64,000 nt of DNA, from positions 23,188,001-23,252,000 of the forward strand of contig NC_043018.1 in assembly GCF_006345805.1 (NCBI RefSeq), read 5' to 3'. Positions 11,226 to 23,863 of the stretch are shown here, in pieces (within the stretch, counting starts at the first letter, position 1; the number at the start of each line of letters is the position of its first letter). The notes beneath the pieces are model-generated. The model did not search any database, had not been told where the DNA came from, and saw nothing but the letters and a program-made list of their open reading frames with translations. The DNA is from Octopus sinensis. Lineage: Eukaryota. Position numbers and translations under genes: made by a program.

Positions 11226-12090
11226 AAAAGATAAAAGATGCTTGTAGCAGGCTGTGTATATCTATTCTCTTGTGAGTACATCTGATGTACTTAAAGTCTT
11301 TTTTTCCTTGTCAAGTTGCCAACGATTCCACTGCACTGATTCCTTCCATTTTGTTTTCTCTGGTCTAAATCGTGTAACAGCCTGGTTTATTAGCTACGGC
11401 TTTCACAGCAATTTCATTTTCTATAGCGTTTAGTCAGGAAGAAGAATCAGTGGCCGTGACCTTTTGTAGTAGCTCTGATAAAGCTGGTCACACTGATTCG
11501 GTTTATATTTGACTTGGACATTAGGCACTGGCAAGGCTGTGTAGTTAATGAAATCGTTTCCCAGCCATGTGATCTTAGGTTCAGTCCCACTCCACAAGAA
11601 GTTTACTATCCAAGGTGAGATTTCAACCCCTAACCTACATGAGTTGTGTTTATTACAATACAACTGGGTCAAGATTTTTTAATTGTATGCAAGGCCACTA
11701 CCATCACTGGCCAACATCAGTTGTGTTTAGTAAAACTGGATCAAATATTTTTAATTGTATTACAAGACCAATATTTTATTTATTAAAATGTTGGAACAGA
11801 TTGTGTGACTATACTTTAGAGGGGATAATTTCTGATGTGATGTTGGGTCTGTTATTGTAACTGTACAATAGGCGATTGTTTCCAGCTAACTGGTTGGTTT
11901 GTTTTGTGATAGCTATATGCTGGAATGAGTCACAGGTTTTCAACTGGAGTTGGGTCTCCAGGTTGTGCAGTAATAATCACAGTTTTAATCCAGTGTCTTT
12001 TCTACTATTGCCCCAACCCAGTCAAAGCCTGGTTAGTGGATTTGGTAGCCGGAAACTGAAAGAAGCCTATTTGTGTGTGTGTTTATACCG

Positions 12091-12601
12091 ACAATTGCAG
12101 CATGGAAGATCTTTGTAAGCCATTTAAGAACACACAAAAACCGTTAGTTTCACTTCGACATTTAAATTTAATTTGTGTCAAATTATTTAAACGATGATGA
12201 TGATGACGATGACTTTGAAACCATGACCTGTTCACAGACAAAATTTTGTGCTGCATCTGCAAAAGTAACAGCTAGTCATGATATGTGTTTATGCATGTGT
12301 GCATGTCTACACACATACATGTATATATGCATGCATACACATGTACACATACATACACACATACATGCATATATATCATTAATTAACTGTTACTTTCTCA
12401 GATGCAGCACAAAATTTTGTCAGTGAACAGGTCATTTCAAAGTGATGAAAATATTTTGACACAAATTAAATTTAAATGAAGTGAAACTAACGGTTTTTGT
12501 GTGTTCTTAAATGGCTTATAAACATCTTCCATGCTGCAATTGTTCTTATTTTAGTGCACAATCTCAGATCAAGTCACTTGCTATGCGAGTACATCTCTGT
12601 A

Positions 12602-12602
<1 letters not shown>
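12091..12602 (+). mobile_element. Family J short PLE-like element with inverted partial copy
   Basis: Inverted arms 12091-12277 / 12381-12543 around a microsatellite; homologous to 44843-45112. Confidence 0.7.
12418..12461 (+). ncRNA. Candidate minimal hammerhead ribozyme, G3-C8 variant
   Basis: Stem I UGUCA/UGACA; core GUGAACA; extra G; stem II GUCAU-uucaaa-GUGAU; GAAA; palindromic stem III AAUAUU; UUU triplet, cleavage after 12456. Confidence 0.55.
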
Positions 12603-12637
<35 letters not shown>

Positions 12638-13412
12638 ATGTATATATATACATATATATAATGCATGTGTGTGTGTTTGCACCCTTTTCTAGATGTCACT
12701 CGATGGTTGTAAATGAGCATCACCATCAAAGTGATGTTGTTTCATGAAAAATATGTCTGGTCATGAGAAATATTACCTTGCTAGGAAACAGGTGGAGGTC
12801 GGCAACAGGAAGTGCATCCAGTTGTAGAAAATCTGCTTATTGAGAACAAGGTGGACTTGGCCATTGAGAGTGGAGTGTCTTTAAGAATAGAGGTGCAACA
12901 TGTCAGTAGTAACAGGATATAAACTGTTGATGTCCTTAATTTATTGTTAGCATCAGATGAAACCTGTTTGAGCAAATCTATGATCAAAGTTATTCTAATC
13001 ATAGCTATACTGTCTTGTAGGAATATCTAGGACTGCAATATGTGTACCCTTCCTTTATTAAAACCCTTTTGATACTGGCCTACTGGTTCGGTGATACAAA
13101 CTTCCTATTTTAAATTATCTAAATCAAAAACTTTGCTCAAAATTTCATGTAATTTTGTTCCAAACACTAGATTAATAAAATTAAGGTGTGATTTGAAGGA
13201 TATTTAGCTGTTCTTTCTGGCAGTTTGATAGACCACTCGATGGCTCAATTAGCCAGGCATTAACTTCCTCATTGGTTGGAGTGACCACACAGAGGTCCTT
13301 TATTAAGAAACTATTGATGTGGTCGTTATTACTATTGTACTGGACTATGTATGCAGCATGGAATTTTTTGGGGTTTTGACTCCTGTTTTCATACATACCA
13401 ATATTATACTGA

Positions 13413-13845
13413 TGGGGTAGGCACAGATATAACTGTGTAGTGAGATGTTACTTTCCCAACCACATGGTTCCAGGTTCAATCCCATTAAGTAACACCTTGG
13501 GTAAGTGTCTTCTATAGCCTCAGACCAACCAAAGATTTGTGAACAGATCTGGTAAATAGAAACTGAAAGCCCATTGAGGCATGTGTTTGAGTGTAGGTTT
13601 ATTTGTGTCTCCTTGCTATGACAGTGTGTGATAGTTGTAAATGAATGTCACTGTCATACAAGCAGTATCATTCATTTCCAATATTCTGCAAAGAAAAGAA
13701 AGTAAGTTTGGCAATGGGGAAATATTACCTTGCCTGGAAATAGGTGAGGGTTGGTGAAACTAGAGCATCCAGCTGTAGAAAATCTGCCTCAAACTCTGAC
13801 CAACGTATAAAAGCAAAGAAAAGTGGATGTTAAAAGATGATGATA
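13413..13845 (+). mobile_element. Chimeric SINE: family A head with alternative (GAT)n-ending tail
   Basis: A-type head and CORE-like box, then tail gggaaatattaccttgc...gagcatccagctgtagaaaatctgcc...gatgatgat, also seen at 12690-12870. Confidence 0.65.
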
Positions 13846-14081
13846 TGTACTACAGTTTTGGCCCTGTTCACTACCAATGGAGGCTCATTGTTTTGAAATT
13901 AATTTTGCAAGCAGATTTAACCCTTTTGTTTGGAAGATTTAAATTCAGAACTTTTGAAAACAACACATTTGTACTACAGAGTCAGAAGCGGTTTCAGCCA
14001 GATTGGTATCAAAAGAGTTAAGTCATTAGAGATCCAGTACAGTTATACTGTTTAAGAAGAGCAGCTTAAGGACTCTCTCTT

Positions 14082-14474
14082 TACTCTTTTACTTGTTTCA
14101 GTCATTTGACTGCGGCCATGCTGGAGCACCGCCTTTAATCGAGCAACTCGACCCCGGGACTTATTCTTTTGTAAGCCCAGTACTCATTATATCGGTCTCT
14201 TTTGCCGAACCGCTAAGTAACGGGAACATAAACACACCAGCATCGGTTGTCAAGCAATGCTAGGGGGACAAACACAGGCACACAAACACATGCATATATA
14301 TATACATATATACGACGGGCTTCTTTCAGTTTCCGTCTACCAAATCCACTCACAAGGCTTTGGTCGGCCCGAGGCTATGGTAGAAGACACTTGCCCAAGG
14401 TGCCACGCAGTAGGACTGAACCCGGAACCATGTGGTTGGTTAGCAAGCTACTTACCACACAGCCACTCCTGCGC
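14082..14474 (-). mobile_element. SINE family A, full length
   Basis: Complete reverse-complement copy. Confidence 0.9.
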
Positions 14475-14850
14475 ATTATTAAACAGGACTGTGCATTATT
14501 ATACATTAAATTGCAAGCTGATACCTTTATAATGCAACCCCATCATATACCCTTTTCTACTCTAGGCACAATGCCCAAAATATTGGGGAGAGGGAGCCAG
14601 TCGATTAGATCGACCCCAGTACATAACTGGTACTTAATTTAGCAACCCGAAAGGATGAAAGGTGAAGTCAACCTTGGCGGAATTTGAACTCAGAATATAA
14701 AGACAGACAAAATACTGCTAAGCATTTCACCCGGTGTGCTAACAATTCAGCTAGATGGCCGCCATCATACATTGCTGGAACATTTTGTGTAAGCAATGCT
14801 TTTCATTTATGTCGGGCCATTGTGTATGCATGTGGCTTTTTCAATATTTT

Positions 14851-15635
14851 AGGCGCAGGAGTGGCTGTGTGGTAAGTAGGTTGCTTACCAACCACAAGGT
14901 TCCGGGTTCAGTCCCACTGCGTGGCATCTTGGGCAAGTGTCTTCTGCTATAGCCCCGGGCCGACCAATGCCTTGTGAGTGGATTTGGTAGACAGAAACTG
15001 AAAGAAGCCTATCGTATATATGTCTCGTCTGGCACCAGTGTCGGTGGCACATAAAAAACACCATCCGAGCGTGGCCGTCCGCCAGCCTCGTCTGGCACCT
15101 GTGTCGGTAGCACATAAAAAACACCATCCGAGCGTGGCCGTCCGCCAGCCTCGTCTGGCACCTGTGTCGATAGCACATAAAAAACACCATCCGAGCGTGG
15201 CCGTTCGCCAGCCTCGTCTGGCACCTGTGTCGGTGGCACATAAAATCACCCACTACACTCTCGGAGTGGTTGGCGTTAGGAAGGGCATCCAGCTGTAGAA
15301 ACACTGCCAGATCTGACTGGCCTGGTGCAGCCTTCGGGCTCCCCAGACCCCAGTTGAACCGTCCAACCCATGCTAGCATGGAAAGCGGACGTTAAACGAT
15401 GATGATGATGATATATATATGTGTGTGTGTCTGTGTTTGTCCCCCGAGCATTGCTTGACAACCGATGCTGGTGTGTTTACGTCCCCGTCACTTAGCGGTT
15501 CGGCAAAAGACACTGATAGAATAAGTACTGGGCTTACAAAGAATAAGTCCCGGGGTCGATTTGCTCGACTAAAGGCGGTGCTCCAGCATAGCCGCAGTCA
15601 AATGACTGAAACAAGTAAAAGAGAGTAAAAGAGTA
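14851..15635 (+). mobile_element. SINE family A with family B nested in its (TA)n spacer
   Basis: Head 14851-15021, tail 15412-15635. Confidence 0.9.
15022..15411 (+). mobile_element. Family B copy with ~60-bp tandem units
   Basis: Repeated ctcgtctggcacctgtgtcggtggcacataaaaaacaccatccgagcgtggccgt units; (GAT)n tail. Confidence 0.9.
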
Positions 15636-15824
15636 TACTCCTAATTATTTTAGGTTTAATGCACTATTAATTAACATGTTCTTATTCCAGGTCAGAGATG
15701 AGTTTGCTGTTATTAAAATTATTTTCCATGCTATCAATTTTATCGTTAGAGTGTAAATTTTTATATCTCGTCTATACCATAGATCCCCAAGTCTGCTGAC
15801 TGGTACTGGGCTACAGGTCATTTG

Positions 15825-16190
15825 GTCCTGGGTTGCACAAAAAAGAGCTTGCTTCCCAACCACATGGTTCTGGGTTCAGTCCCACTGCATGGCACCTTGG
15901 ACAAGTGTCTTCTACTAGGGCTTTGGTCTGATCAAAGCCTTGTGAGTAGATTTGGTAGATGGAAACTGAAAGAAACCCGTTGTGTGTGTGTGTGTCCATG
16001 TTTGTCCTCTGCTACTGCTTGATGACCAGTGTTGGTTTGTTTACATCCCCTTAGTGTTTTCAGTAAAAGAAACTGATAAAGTACCAGGCTTAAAAAAAGC
16101 AATAAGTACTGGGGTCGATTTATTTGACTAAAAATTCAAGGCAGTGCCCCAGCATGGCCACAGTCTAATGACTGAAACAAAGATTAAAAA
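15825..16190 (+). mobile_element. SINE family A, diverged
   Basis: cttcccaaccacatggttctgggttcagtccc ... gactgaaacaaag. Confidence 0.7.
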
Positions 16191-16457
16191 ATGAAGATAA
16201 TTAAATTGTATATCATGTACTGCATTCTGTTTTGTTTGTTATGCATGTGATATCCTGGTCCGGGAAAAAAATTGTCTTGCATGAAAGCCAGTCTGTAGTG
16301 TAAAAAATGGTTGGGAGACTGCTGACCTGATTGGATCATTGTTATCAGATGTTCATGTTGTGGTATAGCTCCACATCAGCTCTTATTGAGCAGACTCATG
16401 GCATGTTGACTGAACAATTGTGACTCACCAGTTTTTAGCTGTATACATATATATATG

Positions 16458-16848
16458 GAGGCGCAATGGCCCAGTGGTTAGGGCAGCGGACTCGCGGTCG
16501 GAGGATCGCGGTTTCGATTTCCAGACCGGGCGTTGTGTGTGTTTATTGAGCGAAAACACCTAAAGCTCCACGAGGCTCCGGCAGGGGGTGGTGGCGACCC
16601 CTGTTGTACTCTTTCGCCTCAACTTTCTCTCACTCCACTCTTACTTCCTGTTTCTGTTGTACCTGTATTTCAAGGGGCCGGCCTTGTCACTCTTTGTGTC
16701 ACGCTGAATATCCCTGAGAACTACGTTAAGGGTGCACGTGTCTGTGGAGTGCTCAGCCACTTACACGTTAATTTCACGAGCAGGCTGTTCCGTTGATTCG
16801 GATCAACCGGAACCCTCGTCGTCGTAACCGACGGAGTGCTTCCATCCA
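16458..16848 (+). mobile_element. tRNA-derived SINE family D, full length
   Basis: A box tggcccagtgg, B-box-like ggtttcgatttcc, tail ending gacggagtgcttccatcc; flanked by (TA)n. Confidence 0.85.
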
Positions 16849-16861
16849 TATATATATATAT

Positions 16862-17120
16862 TGGAAGTCACTTGACCCTGTTATCTCCCCTACTGTCCCT
16901 CTCGTGTCTGACCACTGTCCGAAGTCAGGACGCCATGATAGATCGTTAGCTCCTACACGCATTTTTTTCTCTCCTTGTTTTTTTCTGTGTATCTTTCTGT
17001 TGAAGAGCGTAGGCTCGAAACGTAAAAGACTTTTTCTATTCCTGAGCGCTATACTAATACATTTGTTTGTTTGTACTCCATCTGCCTTCCTCTTTTGCTT
17101 ATTTTCGTAAACTTTCCCTT
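16862..17120 (+). mobile_element. Family F short PLE-like element
   Basis: Homologous to 19490-19675 and 52730-52914; variable 5' truncation, common 3' end ...aaactttccc before TA-rich sequence. Confidence 0.7.
16992..17029 (+). ncRNA. Hammerhead-like fold, U6 variant with extra A
   Basis: UCUUU-CUGUUGA-A-GAGC(guag)GCUC-GAAAC-GUA/AAAGA. Confidence 0.45.
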
Positions 17121-18759
17121 TATAGTTCTATATACCTCCATCTAGTTGTGGATCACGCTTCACATCGTGGTTCAGCCTGTCTGTCTGGAAACTGTGAATA
17201 TTCTTCTTTCATCCTTTCTCTTTTCCCATGCTTTTTGTGGTGGCCACATTGGAAACAGACAAGGAGAACTTATTGATGCTGTGCATCTCGACCTTTTAAT
17301 CAGGTTTTTATGAACATTGTCCCAGATTTTATTCCCAAACCAAGGTTAATAATGCTTTTATCTACAAGGTCAGTGATGTATGTACATTATTATTATTGCA
17401 ATTTTAGGTTATTTAAATATACCTCTCAGCAATGGCAGCCATATTGAGCTGATATCAGTATTGGATTAACTGATTGAATTATCAATCAGTAGGCATTATA
17501 CGTTCAGTAGTTTTTATTTTCCTAACTTTCTACTGTGATTCTCTATAAAATTAAGGGAATTTCATTCTCATGGTGTATAATTTTCTCTTGCGCACCATGT
17601 AATTTCAACCTTTCTGGTTTCTTCCCTCATTAAGGCTTTCTCGTGCTCCTCGATTCTGACCTTTTAAAGATTAACCAGTTTCTGCAAACACATGGTGTGT
17701 TATGAATACAGTTATGTTATGTTCTGGCCAATCTTGGATAGATTTTTGTTACCTCATTTTTTTGTGAAATACAGTCTTTATTTCAATTAAGTTTGAAAAT
17801 TATTGAAATAATTTTGTCATTATCAAGCTGGCGTTTAAAACATAAATTAGCAGGAAATTCTGATAGGTTTTAAGATCGTTTTAGAACATGGAATTTGTAT
17901 CATAGAACCAGGGGCAATTTTTGGCAGGGTGGTATATATTAAAATGGCTATTTTTTTTTTACTTGTTTCTGTCATTTGACTGTGGTCTTGCTGGAGTACC
18001 AGCGCGAAGGGTTTTAGCCAAACAAATCAAACCCCAGGACTTATTTTTAAGTTGAGTACTTATTCTATCATTCTATTTTTGCCAAACCACTAAGTTACAG
18101 GGACATAAACACACCAACACTGGTTGTCAAGCAGTAATGGGAAGATAGACACAGATATCATCATCATCGTTTAACGTCCGCTTTCCATGCTAGCATGGGT
18201 TGGACGGTTCAACTGGGGTCCGGGAAGCCTGAAGGCTGCACCAGGCCAGTCAGATCTGGCAGTGTTTCTACAGCTGGATGCCCTTCCTAACGCATATATT
18301 ATTTATATTTTGTTGACTATCACAGCCTGCAGGGTGTTTTTGCATTGTATATATCATCATTGTCATCCTTTAATGTCTGTTTTCCATGCTGGCATGGGTT
18401 GGACAGTATGATCAAAGCTGGAGAGCTGCACCAGGTTCCAGTCTGATTTGGCTTAGTTTCTATGGTTGGATGCCCTTCCTAATGCCAACCATTTTACAGC
18501 CTGTGCTGGGTGCTTTTAATGTGGCACTGGCACCGATCCTCTTCAGATATAAAATACATTTATTACATAAGTAATAATTAAGTTGTTTACTATGCACTTT
18601 ATTGTGTTTTCGTTATGTTTGATCCCTTGGTACTGTGAAAAAGCTGTCTTGCATGAAACCAATCTGTGATGCAAAAATGGTCAGGGATCATTGATTAGAT
18701 AGTTTTCGAATTTGTGGACATGGTTCAGTTAGTGATGATTTTAATATACGGTGACTATA

Positions 18760-19239
18760 CAAGGACTGCTCAAAAAGTAACAGGACTGTTGCTATGGTAA
18801 CGGAGCTAGATTATGCTTGGCACAGACTGACCTTGAACTCTGTTGTGCATGTGCAATTTATAGCGTCCTTGCTCACTTTTGTTGTTTGTAGCAGTTCCTG
18901 GAAGTAAAGTGTGTAGATTGTGGTTGTCTCAAAAACAAGATCGGGTTTCAGTCGAACAGGTTCTCCTTGATTGTGTCAAAGAACTCAAACACTTTTTGAA
19001 AATTGTCCTAGCGGGTGATGAATTGTGGTTCTATAGCTATGACCCCGAAACCAAGGCCCAGATTTCACAATGGAAGACCCCCCCCCCCAAAAAAAAATGC
19101 TTCCATCATTGGAAGTGATGCTGGATAAGGTGTGTGGCTTCAGAAAGGGACCACTTTGAAGGAAATCAAATGCCAAAATGATGTGTGTTGTGGTTTCCTT
19201 TTTATAGCACCACTGCTAATACCTCTTGATCAGACCTTG
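18760..19239 (+). mobile_element. Internally deleted mariner transposon
   Basis: TA-flanked TIRs caaggactgctcaaaaagta / tacctcttgatcagaccttg; peptide LAGDELWFYSYDPETKAQISQWK (mariner GDExW..YDPETK) and C-terminal W..CV...G..FEG remnant. Confidence 0.9.
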
Positions 19240-19377
19240 TATTTTGAGCTAATCTATGGGCCAAATTACCTGATCAGAAAGTGGAAAGTGTCCAGTTGGA
19301 AAACCTTTCTCAGTGAATGGGAGCGGGTTCTTTATCAGGTGTAGACTAATAACAGGACGTTATCCAAGTTACAGGCC

Positions 19378-19412
<35 letters not shown>

Positions 19413-19489
19413 TCTAATATAGGATAACATTTTATATATATATATATAAAAGATGGCATATATATATATTTATATATATATATATAAAA

Positions 19490-19672
19490 GACGCCATGAT
19501 AGATCGTTAGCCACTACACACATTTTTTTTTCTCCTTGTTTTCTGTGTCCCTTTCTGTAGAAGAGCGTAGGCTCGAAATGTAAAAGACTTTTTCTATTCC
19601 TGAGCGTTATACAAATATCTGTTTGTTTTGTACACCACCTGTCTTTGTCTTTTGTTTTTTTCCGTAAACTCT

Positions 19673-19675
<3 letters not shown>
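19490..19675 (+). mobile_element. Family F copy (hammerhead-like fold at 19551-19586)
   Basis: ctttctgtagaagagcgtaggctcgaaatgtaaaagac; both flanks (TA)n. Confidence 0.7.
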
Positions 19676-19713
<38 letters not shown>

Positions 19714-20421
19714 TACATACCTATCTATCTATCTGTTTGTCTGTCCTCTCATCCCCAGTCCTACGAGACATTTTCATATTCCTTTGTGCTACCCTGTATC
19801 TGACTGTCTTAAGGCTGCATGGCTGTTGTTTTTGTTGTACATGTTTGTTTTTTTCTTGTCGTGTTTGTTTTCGTCATTGTCCTGTACATTTGTAAGCTAT
19901 TTCCCAGTGGCTTTTCGTCACTGGCGCCACCAAAAAGTGAACAATATCAACATTAAAGGCACGAATTGTCATGATCTTTTGGACGTTGACTGATGAGAAA
20001 TAAGCCATAAATTTTCTATTCTATTTGCGTAAAATTTCCCATTTGTTGTGTTTTTGATACATCTCTCACTGCTTTTCTGCTTGACACTGAAGTCAGGCCA
20101 GTCACTACAATCGAAAGCTGCTATCACTTGACCCAACATCGGCCAGAGGCTCCGACCTTAGAACATATTTAGTCAGTCAGCTCTACTATAACTACTACTA
20201 CTATCACCACCACCACCACTGTTACTAGTCCTACCATAACAGTCCATTCATCCAACAGATCAGCTTCTTCCTCAAATCCACGGTGCCAAAGCCAGCCAGC
20301 CAGCTTGCCTGCCTGCCTGTCTGTTGTTCACTAAAACAACATAGTGACATTGATGTCTCTTTTGCTGCTACCATGTCTGCGGAAGAATATGACTGCATCA
20401 TATAACAACACTGCTGCACTA

Positions 20422-20454
<33 letters not shown>

Positions 20455-21123
20455 GCCCTCCCTCCTCTCCCCGTCACCCTCTACGTCTACGTTTACTCTT
20501 ACTCCCACACCTACTTGCACGCACGCGCGCAACTTGCACTTTTATCTTTTCTCTCTTCTCTCTCTCTCTCTAAACCTCCCACATTGCTGCTTCGTTTTCC
20601 TCTTTCTTTTCATTGTGTGTGCGCGTATGTGCCTGCCTGTGTGTGCGTGTGTGCGTAAGTCGCAGCCTCTTAATTTCTGTCGATCACTGCATGTCTATAG
20701 TGTGTACGGCAGTCGTTTTATACATGTGCATAACCATACATACATACATGTGTGTGTCTGATGTATGTGTGGCATATTTCACGCTAATATTTACATGTAT
20801 AAGTATATATACACATACTCATACATGTGTGTGTGCTTAGCACGAAATAATTTCTGTGTAACCCTTGTACTGTTGTTATTGCACGCCCCATGGCCACGGC
20901 GATGTCCCGTCCACCCGTGTCGTCTCTCCCGCCTCATCTAGCTTCTTACTTAGTCTGTCGCTTTCTTCTTTTTTCCTCGTCTCCCTTCGTTGTTTTTTCA
21001 CATCATTGGTTTGATCTTAGTCACACTTACACACACACACATACATATGCATCACTGACGAATACACACACACACACACACACACTCACATACATATATA
21101 TATACATATGCACCAACCGACGA

Positions 21124-21173
<50 letters not shown>

Positions 21174-21276
21174 GTGTGTGTGTGTGTGTATTCGTCGGTT
21201 GGTGCATATGTATATGTGTGTATATATATATATATATGTGTATGTGTATTCGTCAGTTGGTGCATATGTATGTATG

Positions 21277-21311
<35 letters not shown>

Positions 21312-21904
21312 ATTCGTCAGTTGGTGCATATGTATGTGTGTGTGTAAGTGTGACATATATATATATATATATACTAACACAGAGACACATAGAGAAGCCA
21401 ACGTGGTCACTTGGTCTGCTAGAAATAGCAACAAAATCTCACGATCCTAAAAAAAAAAAAGAAAGAAAGAAAGACGGTAACAAAAATGATAATTGCGTAA
21501 TCTAGTCCCAAATCCTGTCTGCATGAAAAACAAAAAAACCCCCAAAAAACAAAACCGAATAGGGTGATCAAAGAGGGATTGTCTTTGACTATAGATAGAT
21601 CTGCTTCATCGGAGCTGCCGCTGACCTGACCTGGGATTAAATAACAATAACTACTACAACAAGAACAACAACACATTCTTTCTATGTATTTCTATTATCC
21701 TCATCCTTCTCTTCTCTTCCATGCTGTAGCTGTTGTTGTTGCTGTTGTTGTAGCCCTCCGCTGACGACTGTACAATGGTGTTTGTTGCTGCTACTTTCGG
21801 AACGATCGATCTTGTTTATGTTACAAGCAAGTGGAAAATAAAAGCGTCTCTGTCTCTGTGTGTGCGTGGGTATGTAAGTGGGTGTTCAGTATATGGATGG
21901 ATGG

Positions 21905-22608
21905 GCACACACACACATACATACACACACACACACACACACAGGCAGACACAGGCACACACACACAGACACACACACACACACAGAGACACACACACAC
22001 ACACAGACACACACACACACAGAGACACACACACACACAGAGACACACACACACACAGAGACACACACACACACACAGAGACACACAGAGACACACACAC
22101 ACACACAGACACACACACACACAGAGACCACACACACACACAGAGAACACACACACAGAGACACACAACACACAGAGACACACACACACACAAGACACAC
22201 ACACACACACACAACACACACACACACAGAGACACCACACACACACAGAGACACACACACACAGACACACACACACACAGACACCACACAGAGACACCAC
22301 ACACACAGAGACACACACACACAGACACACACACACACACAGACACACACACAGAGACACACACACACACACACACAGAGACACACACACACACACAGAC
22401 ACACACAACACACAGACACACACCACACCACACACACACACCACACACAGACACACACACAGACACACACCACACACACAGACACACACACACACAGAGA
22501 CACACACACCACAGACACACACACACACACACACACACACAGAGACACACACACAACACACACACACACACACCACACACAGACACACACCACACACAGA
22601 CACACACA

Positions 22609-22641
<33 letters not shown>

Positions 22642-22662
22642 CACAGACACACACACACACAT
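21905..22662. repeat. Long compound (CA)n/(GA) microsatellite
   Basis: About 750 bp of interrupted CA repeats; source of several spurious HT/CV ORFs. Confidence 0.95.
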
Positions 22663-22993
22663 ACAATGTTTCTGTATATGTGTTAGGTTTCTTTTTTCCT
22701 TCTTTTCGAGATGTCAGGCTGTTTGTTTGTTGGTTCTGTCTAAAAATTGTGCATGGCGGTTAAATTTAAGTTGACCACATCCGTATGTCTCTCTTCATTC
22801 CGCCATTTCCCCCTTCTCTCTCTCTCTCTTCCCTCTTCTCTTTCTCTTCTCTCTCTCTCTCTCTCTTCCCCTTTCTCTCTCTTTGTCTACGTATCTCTTT
22901 TCCGCTATTTTCCTTTTCTATCTATCTATCTATCTTTGATTTGTTTCAGTCATTTTACTATGGCCATGCTAGAGCACCGCTCTGTCCATCTAG

Positions 22994-23453
22994 CCATCCA
23001 TCCACCTAGCCATCCATCCACCTAGCCATCCATCCACCTAGCCGTCCATCCACCTAGCCATCCATCCACCTAGCCATCCATCCACCTAGCCATCCATCCA
23101 CCTAGCCGTCCATCCACCTAGCCGTCCATCCACCTAGCCGTCCATCCACCTAGCCGTCCATCCACCTAGCCGTCCATCCACCTAGCCATCCATCCACCTA
23201 GCCATCCATCCACCTAGCCATCCATCCACCTAGCCATCCATCCACCTAGCCATCCATCCACCTAGCCATCCATCCACCTAGCCATCCATCCACCTAGCCA
23301 TCCATCCACCTAGCCATCCATCCATCCATCCATCCATCCATCTATCCATCCATCCATCTATCCATCCATCCATCTATCCATCCATCCATCCATCCATCTA
23401 TCCATCCATCCATCTATCCATCCATCCATCCATCCATCCATCCATCCATCCAT
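22994..23453. repeat. 16-bp minisatellite (CCATCCATCCACCTAG x20) grading into (CCAT)n
   Basis: Units 22994-23313 with an occasional CCGT variant, then CCAT/CTAT tetramers. Confidence 0.95.
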
Positions 23454-23863
23454 CTCTTTCTTTCTGAATTCCTCCTGTCTATTTATCTCTCTCTCTATCC
23501 CCCTCTACCTCCCTCTATTCCTCCTCCCTTACATATGCTCATTCGCCACTAAACAGGATTCAGGTTTTTCTTCCACATCTCCTCTCATCACATCTTTGTC
23601 TGTACAGACAGACAGGTTCAAGACTCAGTCACAGCTATTCAAGGATTCTACACATTTTTTTGCGACTGTTTAATTTCAACAATTTCTTGGAAAAAAAAAA
23701 GAAAAAAAACTAAACAATACAAAATTACAAATAACCTTATTTTTTCCCGTCTAAAATTATTTATTCCGATGCGTTCATGCTTTAATCCCTGAGTCTTGTG
23801 ATTTTGAAAACCTGCAGGTTTTTTTGAAGAATATTTTACAGGTCCAGGGAGTTGTTTACTTAC

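Noticed and set aside
14885-15379. Recurrent MLAWVGRF... ORFs (also 1579, 9746, 18187, 26319, 32029, 41586)
   Set aside because: Chance frames in the antisense of family B repeats.
16458-16530. tRNA-like sequence with A and B boxes
   Set aside because: SINE head; no complete cloverleaf, and it continues into a SINE body.
21775-22774. Six ORFs of 258-310 aa
   Set aside because: Translations of a (CA)n compound microsatellite.
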